Source: Deltaproteobacteria bacterium (GTDB lineage: Bacteria; JAGRBM01; JAHCIT01). From it: 64,000 nucleotides of DNA. The stretch lies in contig JAHCIT010000007.1 in assembly GCA_026129095.1 (NCBI GenBank), positions 124,001 to 188,000 on the forward strand. Direction: 5' to 3'. A program made the position numbers and the translations under genes. Shown piece after piece: positions 28,609-37,763 of this stretch; the first letter of the stretch is position 1; each line of letters starts with the position of its first letter. Under the pieces are notes generated by a model, which ran no database searches, had not been told where the DNA came from, and worked only from the letters and a program-made list of their open reading frames with translations.

Positions 28609-30210
28609 ATGCACGCAGAAACCGCCAGGACAGAAACCAGCGATCAAGGCAACATGGATCGCCAGGCAGCCTCCCCCAAAAACCATGGCCGAAGCCGTCG
28701 CGGCGGTACTAACGGCACCCGGGCCCGGCAGGTGTTCACGCGCCAGCGTGGCATGGCCCGATGGGTGGCCGCGGCCGAAATGCTACTCACCGCGATCGAG
28801 GAGACAGCTTGGGAACTGCGCGCCATCTACGAAGAAATGATGAGCGAGTTTTCCCTCAGCTACACAGAAGCCCGGTCGAACCTGCGCGAACTGAACAGCC
28901 GGCGCGAGAACCTCGAAGCGGAGCTTGGCCGGCTGCTTGAAATCTCCCGTGTCGTGTCAGGGGTGATTCTTTCCTACCGGCTCGCGTCCATTACCGGTGC
29001 CTTCATGCGTAGGGAAGCCTACGAGGCGAAGCTCGAAAAACTGCACATCCAGACCGCCCGGAAGCTGGTGAAGATGGCCGAAAAGCTTCAGGGTGGAATG
29101 ATCAAGGTGGGCCAGATGCTCTCGGCCCGCATGGATATCCTCCCCAAGGCGATCACCGATGAACTGTCGAAGCTCCAGGACCGTGTGGTACCGCTGGACG
29201 AAGCCACTGTCCGCGAGGTGCTGGAGCGGAACTGGGGTGCCGAGCGGCTCGCTACCGTCGTTCTGGATCCGGTTCCCTGCGGGGCGGCATCGATCGCGCA
29301 GGTCCACCGGGCGGTGCTGGCCGACGGGCGCGAAGTAGCTGTCAAGGTCCGCCGTCCCGGGATCGAGCAGGTGCTCCGGCACGATATGGCCAATCTGCGC
29401 CGCGTGATTGGTTCGCTGGCCGCCTATCTTCCCGACGTGGAACTGGACCCGGTCATCGACGAGATAGAAACCCAGGTGATGAAGGAAGTGGATTTCCCCG
29501 CAGAGATGGAATCGATCGGCCGCGCCGTGGAGCTCACACGCGGGATGACAGGCGTCGTCGTACCTCCAGTCGTCGCCGAATGGTGCGGTGAGGACGTGCT
29601 CGTGACGGAGTTCCACCGTGGCGACCGGATTGATCTCGCCGTGGATGCAATGGCAGCCCGCAGCGACCGGACAGCGATCAACAGCCTGCTGTCAAAGATG
29701 GTCGATGTCTACGCCCGGCAGATACTCCTGTGGGGGTTCTTCCAACCCGACACGCATCCGGGGAATTTCCTCGTCAAGGAAGATGGCACCCTTGTCCTTC
29801 TCGATTTTGGCTGTGCCCGCGAAATCCCCGGCGAGTTCCGTCAGAATCTCGCCCGTGTGATGCAGGCATTCGCCGGCGGCAAGGATGACGAGGCGGCCCG
29901 CATCATCGGCGAACTGGGATTCCGCACCCGGTCGGGCGATCTCGGGCATCTGGTGAAACCCGTGCGCGATCTCCTGTCGGGACTCATGGCGGGAAAATCA
30001 TCCATGTGGGACACGGAAAAGATGATAGGGCAGGCCGAGGAGATGGCCGGAGTGCTTCTGGACGACCCCGTGACGCGCATCCCCGCCGAGGCGGTGATGG
30101 TGGGCCGGGCACTGATGACCTTGGGCGGCCTGTTCTACAAACACCGGCCTGACATTGACCCTTTCAAGACGCTCTTTCCTGTCATCGCCGAGGCGCTGCG
30201 GGGCGCGTAA
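28609..30210 (+). CDS. ABC1/AarF/UbiB family atypical kinase
   Basis: IKVGQMLS, LSKLQD, AASIAQVHRA, VAVKV, DTHPGN, LLDFG. ATG 28609 follows GGAAGGA. Confidence 0.92.
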   Translation: MHAETARTETSDQGNMDRQAASPKNHGRSRRGGTNGTRARQVFTRQRGMARWVAAAEMLLTAIEETAWELRAIYEEMMSEFSLSYTEARSNLRELNSRRENLEAELGRLLEISRVVSGVILSYRLASITGAFMRREAYEAKLEKLHIQTARKLVKMAEKLQGGMIKVGQMLSARMDILPKAITDELSKLQDRVVPLDEATVREVLERNWGAERLATVVLDPVPCGAASIAQVHRAVLADGREVAVKVRRPGIEQVLRHDMANLRRVIGSLAAYLPDVELDPVIDEIETQVMKEVDFPAEMESIGRAVELTRGMTGVVVPPVVAEWCGEDVLVTEFHRGDRIDLAVDAMAARSDRTAINSLLSKMVDVYARQILLWGFFQPDTHPGNFLVKEDGTLVLLDFGCAREIPGEFRQNLARVMQAFAGGKDDEAARIIGELGFRTRSGDLGHLVKPVRDLLSGLMAGKSSMWDTEKMIGQAEEMAGVLLDDPVTRIPAEAVMVGRALMTLGGLFYKHRPDIDPFKTLFPVIAEALRGA

Positions 30211-30489
30211 GGGCATCTCTCTCCCAGATGTATACAGTCGGCAGGTTTTCAACCCAGACATCCTCTCCTCTTTAAGTCCGAATCCCATGTAAATCAGCAG
30301 GGTTGTTCCTCCACCCGCCCCGGTGGGGCATGACCGGCGGGGGACTTGCCGGATCGGCTTGACAGGGCAACCTGCCGGGGATTACGAGTGCGGGCGCTGC
30401 ACGGGTGGCTGGGCGGATTCCGGGCTGACGCAGGTCATGTCCCCGGGGCTGCCGGGTGTCCCTGCGACACGAGGGAAAGAGGAAAGTTG

Positions 30490-31317
30490 ATGAAACCGCG
30501 CGTTCTCACCGGACTGGCGCTGGCGGCCCTTGCCGCGACCCTGACCGGCTGCTCCTGGGAATACCTAATCCCTATTTCGATCACCGAGACCTCCGACAAG
30601 ATCGATCTGCTGATGTGGGTGATTATCTGGATCACCATGATCGTCTTTATCGGTGTCGAAGTGGTGCTGGTCTGGTTCATCCTCAAGTACCGCGATATGG
30701 GCGATGGCCGCAAGCCGGTCTATACCCACGGATCCAACAAGCTGGAAGCTATATGGACCGGTATTCCGGTGCTGATCCTGATCGTGCTGGCGGTGTGGAG
30801 CGAGAACCTCCTGAATGCCGAAATCCGCGCCATTCCCGAAAAGCCGGATGTCCGGATCAAGGTGACGGCCCGCCAGTTCAACTGGAACTTCGAGATTACC
30901 GAGAGCAGCGGGGAACAAATTGATGAGGCGAGCCGCCCAATCGTTGATACCGGCATGCATTCTACCGAGACGGCAGAACCGGACCGCCATTTCCCCAAGG
31001 AGTTTATCTCGGGATACGACAACCTTACCCCGCTCAAGATCCCGGTAGATCGCACGACCGTCTTTGAGATCACCTCGCTCGACGTGATCCATTCCTTCTG
31101 GGTACCGGAGTTCCGGATCAAGCAGGATGCCATGCCAGGGCATGTGAACCGCATCTGGATCAGGCCGAACAAGACAGGCCTCTACCCGATCGTGTGCGCC
31201 GAACTGTGCGGCAACGGGCACTACCGGATGGCCGGACGGCTTGAGGTGGTAACCGGCGAGGAATACGACGCCTGGGTGGCCGAACAGGCATCGGGCGGCA
31301 GCGACGAACTGTTCTAG
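30490..31317 (+). CDS. coxB: cytochrome c oxidase subunit II
   Basis: Lipobox LTGC, two TMs, ARQFNW, DVIHSFW, CAELCGNGHYRM CuA site. Confidence 0.96.
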   Translation: MKPRVLTGLALAALAATLTGCSWEYLIPISITETSDKIDLLMWVIIWITMIVFIGVEVVLVWFILKYRDMGDGRKPVYTHGSNKLEAIWTGIPVLILIVLAVWSENLLNAEIRAIPEKPDVRIKVTARQFNWNFEITESSGEQIDEASRPIVDTGMHSTETAEPDRHFPKEFISGYDNLTPLKIPVDRTTVFEITSLDVIHSFWVPEFRIKQDAMPGHVNRIWIRPNKTGLYPIVCAELCGNGHYRMAGRLEVVTGEEYDAWVAEQASGGSDELF

Positions 31318-31344
31318 AACCTTACCCTTTCAGGAATACATCAC

Positions 31345-33054
31345 ATGAGCGATCACAAGCACGACAGCGGACACCACGGCGAAGGCCACCACGAGCAGAC
31401 CTTCATCGAGAAATACATCTTCTCCTGCGACCACAAGGTCATTGGAATCCAGTACCTCTTTACCACCATGGTCATGGTGGTGCTGGGAGGCACATTCGCT
31501 CTGCTCATCCGGCTCCAGCTCGCCTGGCCCGACAGCAGCCTGGTTGCCAAGCTCGTCTCGACACCGGACAAGTACAACCAGTATCTCACCATGCACGCCT
31601 CGATCATGATTTTCGGCGTCATCATACCCTCGCTCGTGGGTGCTTTCGGAAACTTCGTCGTTCCGCTCATGATCGGTGCCAAGGACATGGCCTTCCCGCG
31701 GCTCAACATGCTCTCCTACTGGCTGGTTCCCCCGGCCGTGTTCGTCATGCTGCTGGGCCTTGTACTGCCGGGCGGTACTGCCGCCGCCGGCTGGACCAGC
31801 TATCCCCCGCTCGCAGGAGCCCAGTATTCAGGCGTCGGCCAGACGGGCTGGGTGCTCGCCGTGATCATCCTCGGTGGCTCCTCGACCATGGGCGCGATCA
31901 ACTACCTCGCCACGATCCTGGGGATGCGCGCCCCCGGCATGACACTGCTCCGGATGCCGCTCTTTGTATGGGCCATCTTCATCACGTCGGTCCTGACGCT
32001 GTTCGCAACCCCGGTGCTTGCCTCGGCTCTTACCATGCAGCTTCTGGACCGGGCCTTCGGTGCGAGCTTCTTCGTCCATACCGCCGGCGGCCAGCCGCTG
32101 ATGTTCCAGCACATCTTCTGGTTTTATTCGCACCCGGCCGTTTACATCATGATTCTTCCGGCGATGGGCATCGTGAGCGACGTGCTTGCCGTCTTTTCGC
32201 GCAAGCCGATCTTCGGCTACCGGGCGATGATCTATTCGATCTGCTCGATCGCCGGTTTCGGCTTCATCGTCTGGGGTCACCACATGTTCACCTCCGGCAT
32301 GAGCCCAACACTCTCGACGACCTTCCTCATCACGACATTCTTTATTGCGGTTCCATCGGCAGTGAAAAGCTTCAACTGGCTCGGCACGATCTGGGGAGGT
32401 TCCCTCCGTCTCACGACGGCGATGCTCTGGGCCCTCGGCTTTGTCGGGATGTTCGCCATCGGCGGCCTTTCGGGCATCTACTCGGCCGCCGTGCCGGTAG
32501 ACCTCTACATCCATGACACCTACTGGATCGTCGCGCACATCCACTACGTGCTGTTCGGCGGCTCGCTGATGGGCGTATTCGCCGGGGTTTATTTCTGGTT
32601 TCCGAAGATGTTCGGGCGCAAGATGGACGAGAAGCTTGGCAAGCTGCATTTCTGGCTGACGCTGATTCTCTACAACTTCGTGTTCATGCCGATGCACATC
32701 CTGGGACTGGGCGGCATGCAGCGCCGCATCTACAGCTGGAAGATCTACCCGCACCTCTACCAGCTCCAGGAGATCAACGTGTTCATGACGGTCAGTTTGA
32801 TTGCGCTCGGTACGGTCCAGGCGATCTTCTTCTGGAATATCTACAAGTCGCTGAAGGGTGGCGAGAAGGTGGGTAATAACCCCTGGGAATCCACCACTCT
32901 CGAGTGGCAGACCTCATCGCCGCCCATCGCTCATGGAAACTTCGAAAAGATCCCTACTGTCTACCGGGGAGCCTATGAGTACAACTCGGAGCTGGGCCCC
33001 TATGCCCCGCAGACACTTCCGGATGACAAGGTACGCTCCATGGCGAAGGCCTGA
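31345..33054 (+). CDS. coxA: cytochrome c oxidase subunit I (A2 type)
   Basis: DHKVIG, TMH, DMAFPRLN, WFYSHPAVYI (YSHPxVY = type A2), WGHH, HDTYWIVAHIH. Confidence 0.97.
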   Translation: MSDHKHDSGHHGEGHHEQTFIEKYIFSCDHKVIGIQYLFTTMVMVVLGGTFALLIRLQLAWPDSSLVAKLVSTPDKYNQYLTMHASIMIFGVIIPSLVGAFGNFVVPLMIGAKDMAFPRLNMLSYWLVPPAVFVMLLGLVLPGGTAAAGWTSYPPLAGAQYSGVGQTGWVLAVIILGGSSTMGAINYLATILGMRAPGMTLLRMPLFVWAIFITSVLTLFATPVLASALTMQLLDRAFGASFFVHTAGGQPLMFQHIFWFYSHPAVYIMILPAMGIVSDVLAVFSRKPIFGYRAMIYSICSIAGFGFIVWGHHMFTSGMSPTLSTTFLITTFFIAVPSAVKSFNWLGTIWGGSLRLTTAMLWALGFVGMFAIGGLSGIYSAAVPVDLYIHDTYWIVAHIHYVLFGGSLMGVFAGVYFWFPKMFGRKMDEKLGKLHFWLTLILYNFVFMPMHILGLGGMQRRIYSWKIYPHLYQLQEINVFMTVSLIALGTVQAIFFWNIYKSLKGGEKVGNNPWESTTLEWQTSSPPIAHGNFEKIPTVYRGAYEYNSELGPYAPQTLPDDKVRSMAKA

Positions 33055-33074
33055 AGTACGCGACATGAAGCAAG

Positions 33075-33112
33075 CGAAACGGCCAGCCTCACAAGGCTGG
33101 CCGCTTCGTTTC
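33075..33112 (+). terminator. intrinsic terminator after coxA
   Basis: CGGCCAGCCT-caca-AGGCTGGCCG stem followed by CTTCGTTTC. Confidence 0.7.
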
Positions 33113-33135
33113 AGCCACATTTATAGTCGCCTGAC

Positions 33136-34362
33136 ATGAGTGCCCCGGAAAGCATACCCCCGGATAGCCCGCTGGATGCCGACAGCCGCTCCATACGGCT
33201 GAAAGAGCTTGCTGCACTGTTCTTCCGGCTCGGGGCGACCGCCTTTGGCGGTCCGGCCGTCCATATTGCCATGATGGAGGACGAGGTAGTCCGCCAGCGG
33301 GGCTGGATGACCCACAGACGGTTTCTGGACCTCATCGCCGCAACGAATCTCATCCCCGGTCCGAACTCCACGGAAATGGCAATCCACATTGGTTACGACC
33401 GGGCCGGATGGCCCGGTCTGGCCGTGGCAGGTCTTGCCTTCATTATCCCGGCTGTCCTGATCGTGCTGGGGCTATCGGCTGCCTACGTGACCTGGGGTGA
33501 TCTGCCTGAAACCGGATGGATTCTATATGGTGTAAAACCGGTGCTGGCAGCTGTCATCTTGCAGGCAATCTGGGCAATGGGGCGGGCGGCCATCCGCTCC
33601 ATGACACTGGCACTTGCCGGTGCCGTTTCGTTCCTGATGTGCCTCGCAGGCATCAACGAAATACTGCTGCTGGTCACGATCGGGACCGCTCTGCTCGCGC
33701 TGGAAGGGTTCCGATCCAAACAGCCGCCGGCAAGTTCACAAGACTCCCGGCTGAACAGTCCAGTTCCCTGCACCCTGCTGGCAATTCTCATGGCTGGCTC
33801 CGCCACGATCGCCGCCATTACACCTGAAAAGCTGTTCTGGTTCTTCGCCAAGACCGGAAGCGTACTCTATGGAAGCGGCTACGTACTGTTCGCCTTCATC
33901 CAGAATGAACTGGTGAACCGCCTTGGCTGGATGACCAGCGACGAACTGCTGGATGCCATGGCTATTGGGCAACTGACACCTGGTCCCCTGTTCACGACGG
34001 CCACCTTCATCGGTTATGTGCTCGGCGCGAAGGCCGGGACAGGGACACTCCTGACGGCGCTGTCAGCCACTGCGGGGATCTTTCTCCCTGCCTTCTTTTT
34101 CGTTGCTGTCACTGGCCCCTGGGTTCACAGGCTCCGGGGGTCACGCCTCATGGGCAGTTTCCTGGACGGCGTGGTAGTCGCCTCACTCGCCCTGATGCTG
34201 GCCGTCGCGGTATCCCTCGCCGGTACAGCGCTGGGCGATCCCTACACAGCGGCCATCGCAACCGTGTCGATCGTCCTACTGGTCCGGTTCCACATCAATT
34301 CCACCTGGCTCATCGCCGGCGGCGCCGCCTTGGGATGGGTGATGAAAGCCTGGGTCGGATGA
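33136..34362 (+). CDS. chrA: chromate efflux transporter (long-chain CHR)
   Basis: FFRLGATAFGGP, IPGPNSTE, FAKTGSVLYGSGY, GQLTPGP: duplicated CHR domains. Confidence 0.93.
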   Translation: MSAPESIPPDSPLDADSRSIRLKELAALFFRLGATAFGGPAVHIAMMEDEVVRQRGWMTHRRFLDLIAATNLIPGPNSTEMAIHIGYDRAGWPGLAVAGLAFIIPAVLIVLGLSAAYVTWGDLPETGWILYGVKPVLAAVILQAIWAMGRAAIRSMTLALAGAVSFLMCLAGINEILLLVTIGTALLALEGFRSKQPPASSQDSRLNSPVPCTLLAILMAGSATIAAITPEKLFWFFAKTGSVLYGSGYVLFAFIQNELVNRLGWMTSDELLDAMAIGQLTPGPLFTTATFIGYVLGAKAGTGTLLTALSATAGIFLPAFFFVAVTGPWVHRLRGSRLMGSFLDGVVVASLALMLAVAVSLAGTALGDPYTAAIATVSIVLLVRFHINSTWLIAGGAALGWVMKAWVG

Positions 34363-34365
34363 GGC

Positions 34366-35544
34366 CTATTCCGGAAGTCTCGCGGGCTCCTCAACCGGCG
34401 TGATCTCACCCGTAAGTGCCTCCATGAATGCGACGATGTCGTCAATTTCCTGTCCGGTAAGGTTCAGCGGAATGATGAGCGGCGAAAGCCACTTGTTGGG
34501 GTTTCCGCCACGGTTATAGAGATCTACTACAGTTCGCAGGTTCACTTCAGATCCATCGTGCATGTAGGGCGGATTCTGCGCGATATTACGGAGCGTGGGC
34601 GTCTTGAACGCGCCTCTGTCGCTCTCCTCCTTGCTGATCTCATAACGGCCCCAGTCAGTGCAGGTGTCGTCTTTGCATCCGACGCCAAGATTGTGGAAGG
34701 CGTTGTCGCTGAAGGCCGCTCCAACATGGCAGGTGGTGCACCGGCCCTTTTCGCGGAACAGCTTCTCGCCCCGGATTGCCGACTCGTTCATCGCCGAGGC
34801 GTCTCCCGCCTTCCAGCGATCGAAGGGGGAGTTGCCGGTCACGATCGTGCGTTCGAAGGCGGCGATGGCATCGGCGATTCGCTCGATAGTCACCTTGGCA
34901 TTCTTCCCATAGGCGGCATCGAAATACTGCTTGTAACCCTTGATGGCAGCGATCTTCTTCACGGCCGTGGCATGGTCAGGCATTCCCATCTCAATGGGGT
35001 TGGTGATCGGGCCCTTGGCCTGACCTTCCAGATCAGGTTCGCGGCCATCCCAGAACTGCGGTTGCACGAACAGCGTGTTCATCACGGTGGGAGCATTCCG
35101 GCCTCCCTTCTGGCCGCCGATGCCCACCGATGTCGGCCCCTCGTCACTCCATCCGAGCCTGGGATCATGGCAGGTGGCACAGGAGATCGTGTTATCCAGC
35201 GAAAGACGTTTGTCGAAATAGAGCAGGCGACCCAGCTCAACCTTTTCCTTCGTAATCGGCCGGGCCGGGTCAACGAAAGCTGCTCCCGCCTGGTCATGCA
35301 GGCCGAGCGGGAGCTCGAATGGCACCAGCGCCGCAAACTCATCCCGCGCAGCAATGGCGGCCAGTTCCTTCTTCGTGAACCAGCGAAGCGGCTTTCCCTG
35401 GGTCACCGGGGGCCTCACCTGTGGCGCTGGCGGTACCGCCGGTTTTGCCGCTTCCTGTGGGGCGTCTTTCCCCGCACAGTGCGCCAGCACCAGAACGGCA
35501 GTTCCCAGTGAAAGGGCAGTGAGGGTCCACGATTTTCCCGGCAT
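34366..35544 (-). CDS. di-heme cytochrome c peroxidase (CcpA/MauG family)
   Basis: LGRLLYFDKRLS, CATCH, RNAPT, FWDGR, NPIEM, CTTCH, FKTPTLRN, PYMHDG. Possible lipoprotein signal LAHC. Confidence 0.93.
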   Translation of the reverse strand: MPGKSWTLTALSLGTAVLVLAHCAGKDAPQEAAKPAVPPAPQVRPPVTQGKPLRWFTKKELAAIAARDEFAALVPFELPLGLHDQAGAAFVDPARPITKEKVELGRLLYFDKRLSLDNTISCATCHDPRLGWSDEGPTSVGIGGQKGGRNAPTVMNTLFVQPQFWDGREPDLEGQAKGPITNPIEMGMPDHATAVKKIAAIKGYKQYFDAAYGKNAKVTIERIADAIAAFERTIVTGNSPFDRWKAGDASAMNESAIRGEKLFREKGRCTTCHVGAAFSDNAFHNLGVGCKDDTCTDWGRYEISKEESDRGAFKTPTLRNIAQNPPYMHDGSEVNLRTVVDLYNRGGNPNKWLSPLIIPLNLTGQEIDDIVAFMEALTGEITPVEEPARLPE

Positions 35545-35577
35545 GCTTCAAACTCCTTGGTGTGTAAAAAGACTGGA

Positions 35578-35594
35578 TTTAGACTGTGTCTAAA
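35578..35594. promoter_or_regulatory. 7-3-7 palindrome, candidate Fur-family (Irr/PerR-like) operator
   Basis: TTTAGAC-TGT-GTCTAAA, about 34 bp upstream of the peroxidase ATG. Confidence 0.55.
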
Positions 35595-35706
35595 CTGGCT
35601 GAGTCCAAAAGACAAGCCAAACCCGCCGAGAAACCGGTTGAAACCGTCCCTCGCCCCGGTTTATAGACACATGAGTGACGGGGCCGTTCCCCCGGAGGAG
35701 ATATTC

Positions 35707-36021
35707 ATGGCGCTGAAGGACATGTTTGACGAAATCCGCGAGAAAAATGAAAAACAGCTCACCCAGCTTTTCGTCGATCTGATGCAGAGCAAGCGGTTTA
35801 CCTCGTCAGTCGTCAAGGCATTCGAACTGTCCACCGAGGCACGAAACTCCATCGACGAAAATGCACAGGATCTTGTGCGGGCGCTCAATCTCCCCACCCG
35901 CGAAGACCACGAGCAGCTCACCGAGAAGGTAAAAAACCTGACCAAGAAGATCTCGGACCTCGATACCAAGCTCATCCAGCTCGGCAAGAAGATCGACCAG
36001 GCTGCAGGTCCCGCGGCTTAA
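35707..36021 (+). CDS. small coiled-coil protein, phasin/PhaE-C-terminus-like
   Basis: GGAGGAG RBS. LNLPTREDHEQLTEKVKNL motif followed by a heptad repeat. Confidence 0.7.
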   Translation: MALKDMFDEIREKNEKQLTQLFVDLMQSKRFTSSVVKAFELSTEARNSIDENAQDLVRALNLPTREDHEQLTEKVKNLTKKISDLDTKLIQLGKKIDQAAGPAA

Positions 36022-36060
36022 GCCGCCCTGTTCCCGGCCGGCATTAAGGTAACGGAGCCG

Positions 36061-37128
36061 ATGCCCGCACGCACGCAGGAAAAGCTCCGCGACCTGAAGG
36101 CCGAACTGCTGGACCTTCTGGATCTTACCGCCTCGGATCCCGCCCAGCGGGAAATCCGTTCGGAACTCGCTGCACGGATGGATGAAATCACTGAGGCGTC
36201 AGCGGGTCTTGCCGATCCTGCCCGGCCGCAAGTCCGCTATCGCGTCATCACCGGCGTGCTGGAGGCTGCAGAACCCCTGCTCGCCGCCCTGAGGCCCGAC
36301 CGCCTGCGCGAGCGGGTGGAGGAATTCCAGCTCCGGAACCGTTCGCTCGACGTGGATGATTTCGGCATGGATCCTGCGTTCATCACGCAGATACAACCCA
36401 TCATCGACTTCCTTTACGACCGGTGGTTCCGGGTCAATCCCATCGGCATCGACAACGTGCCCCATCAGGGAAAGGCCATTCTCGTCTCGAACCACTCGGG
36501 CGCATTGCCCTACGACGCGGTGATGATCTCGCATGCGATACTGCGTGCCAGCGAGGGACGGCGGCTCCCCCGATTCCTCATCGATAACGTCTTTTCCAAT
36601 TCGCTCTTCATGGGCCCGCTCTTCGCCCGCGGCGGGATGGTGCGCGCCTCGCAGGAAAATGCCCGCCGGCTGCTGGACCAGAACGAGATCGTCGGCGTCT
36701 TCCCCGAAGGCATGAGGGGACTCGCCAAGCTCTACCGCCAGCGCTACCAGCTCCAGCGGTTTGGACGAGGCGGGTTCATCAAGCTGGCCGTGAGGTCAAA
36801 GGCACCCATTGTCCCCGTGGCCGTCACCGGTGCCGAGGAGATCATGCCGCTCATCAGCCGGGGCGGATGGCTCTCGAAGGCTCTCGGGTTTTCCTATTTC
36901 CCGGTCACGCCCATGTGGCCGCTTCTGGGGCCTCTGGGGCTTGTACCTCTTCCCACCGCCTGGAGCGTCCGGTTCGGAAAGCCCATCGACCTCTCGGGCT
37001 ACAGCGAAAAAGACCTGGAAGACGAAATCCTCGTCACTGGCCTCAAGGAACAGGTCCGCGCCACCGTACAGGAGATGCTCTACGATCTTCTGAAAGAGCG
37101 GAAAAACGTGTTCGTACGCGGAGAGTAG
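36061..37128 (+). CDS. lysophospholipid/MGAT-like acyltransferase (PlsC superfamily)
   Basis: DDFGMD, NHSGALPYD, FPEG, YQLQRFGRGGF, PIVPVAVTGAEE, GPLGLVPLPT. Confidence 0.9.
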   Translation: MPARTQEKLRDLKAELLDLLDLTASDPAQREIRSELAARMDEITEASAGLADPARPQVRYRVITGVLEAAEPLLAALRPDRLRERVEEFQLRNRSLDVDDFGMDPAFITQIQPIIDFLYDRWFRVNPIGIDNVPHQGKAILVSNHSGALPYDAVMISHAILRASEGRRLPRFLIDNVFSNSLFMGPLFARGGMVRASQENARRLLDQNEIVGVFPEGMRGLAKLYRQRYQLQRFGRGGFIKLAVRSKAPIVPVAVTGAEEIMPLISRGGWLSKALGFSYFPVTPMWPLLGPLGLVPLPTAWSVRFGKPIDLSGYSEKDLEDEILVTGLKEQVRATVQEMLYDLLKERKNVFVRGE

Positions 37129-37131
37129 GCC

Positions 37132-37572
37132 TTACTTCATCGCCACCCGGCGGGGCCCTGTCACCTCGCCGGTGGTATCGCCCGGAGCGGTAGGCTCGGG
37201 CGGAATTGTGCCACCAAACTTCTGCATCAGGTCGCCCACGGTCCGGTTATTGAACGGCTTGGGCAGCCAGGCGTCGGCACCCGCAGCCATCGCCCCGGCG
37301 ATACGTTCCGGATCGCTGGTGGCTGAAAGGGCGACGATGCGCGTCCGGATGCCCAGTTTGGCCCGGACACGACGGATCGCTTCGAGCCCATCTACCCTAG
37401 GCAGCGACAAATCCATGAAAATGAGATCCGGTTTCCACGCGCAGGCGATACTAACGCCTTCCTCGCCGTCCGAGGCGACACGAATTTCGTGCGCCGGACC
37501 CAGGATTTCCGTCAAGAGTGCCTGATGGAAGCGGATGTCTTCAACGATGAGAACCTTGTGTATGTGGGCCAC
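37132..37572 (-). CDS. single-domain response regulator (CheY-like receiver)
   Basis: VLIVED, PDLIFMDLSLPRVDG, LSA, GADAWLPKPF. GGAGG RBS. Confidence 0.9.
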   Translation of the reverse strand: MAHIHKVLIVEDIRFHQALLTEILGPAHEIRVASDGEEGVSIACAWKPDLIFMDLSLPRVDGLEAIRRVRAKLGIRTRIVALSATSDPERIAGAMAAGADAWLPKPFNNRTVGDLMQKFGGTIPPEPTAPGDTTGEVTGPRRVAMK

Positions 37573-37720
37573 TATGGCCTCCCTGGCCTGGAAAATGGCC
37601 AGCCCCCGCCGGGCCGCATGATTGGAGATACCCCGACCGGAAACAAGGACTTTTGACCCAGTGAGTCAGATTTTACGAAACCGTGAAACGGCGTTTTGGC
37701 TAGTAATGCAGCAACAGGAA

Positions 37721-37743
37721 AGGCCGCCCCGATGGGGCGGCCT
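37721..37743 (-). terminator. hairpin terminator after lipoprotein gene
   Basis: AGGCCGCCCC-gat-GGGGCGGCCT, 20 nt past the stop at 37764. Weak U-tract. Confidence 0.6.
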
Positions 37744-37763
37744 ACGCCGAATAAAACCGGCCC

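Noticed and set aside
28609-30210. ubiB gene symbol
   Set aside because: Only family-level motifs are seen, with no ubi gene context.
30211-30489. Riboswitch/ncRNA in the coxB leader
   Set aside because: Only generic GC-rich hairpins, with no recognisable aptamer consensus.
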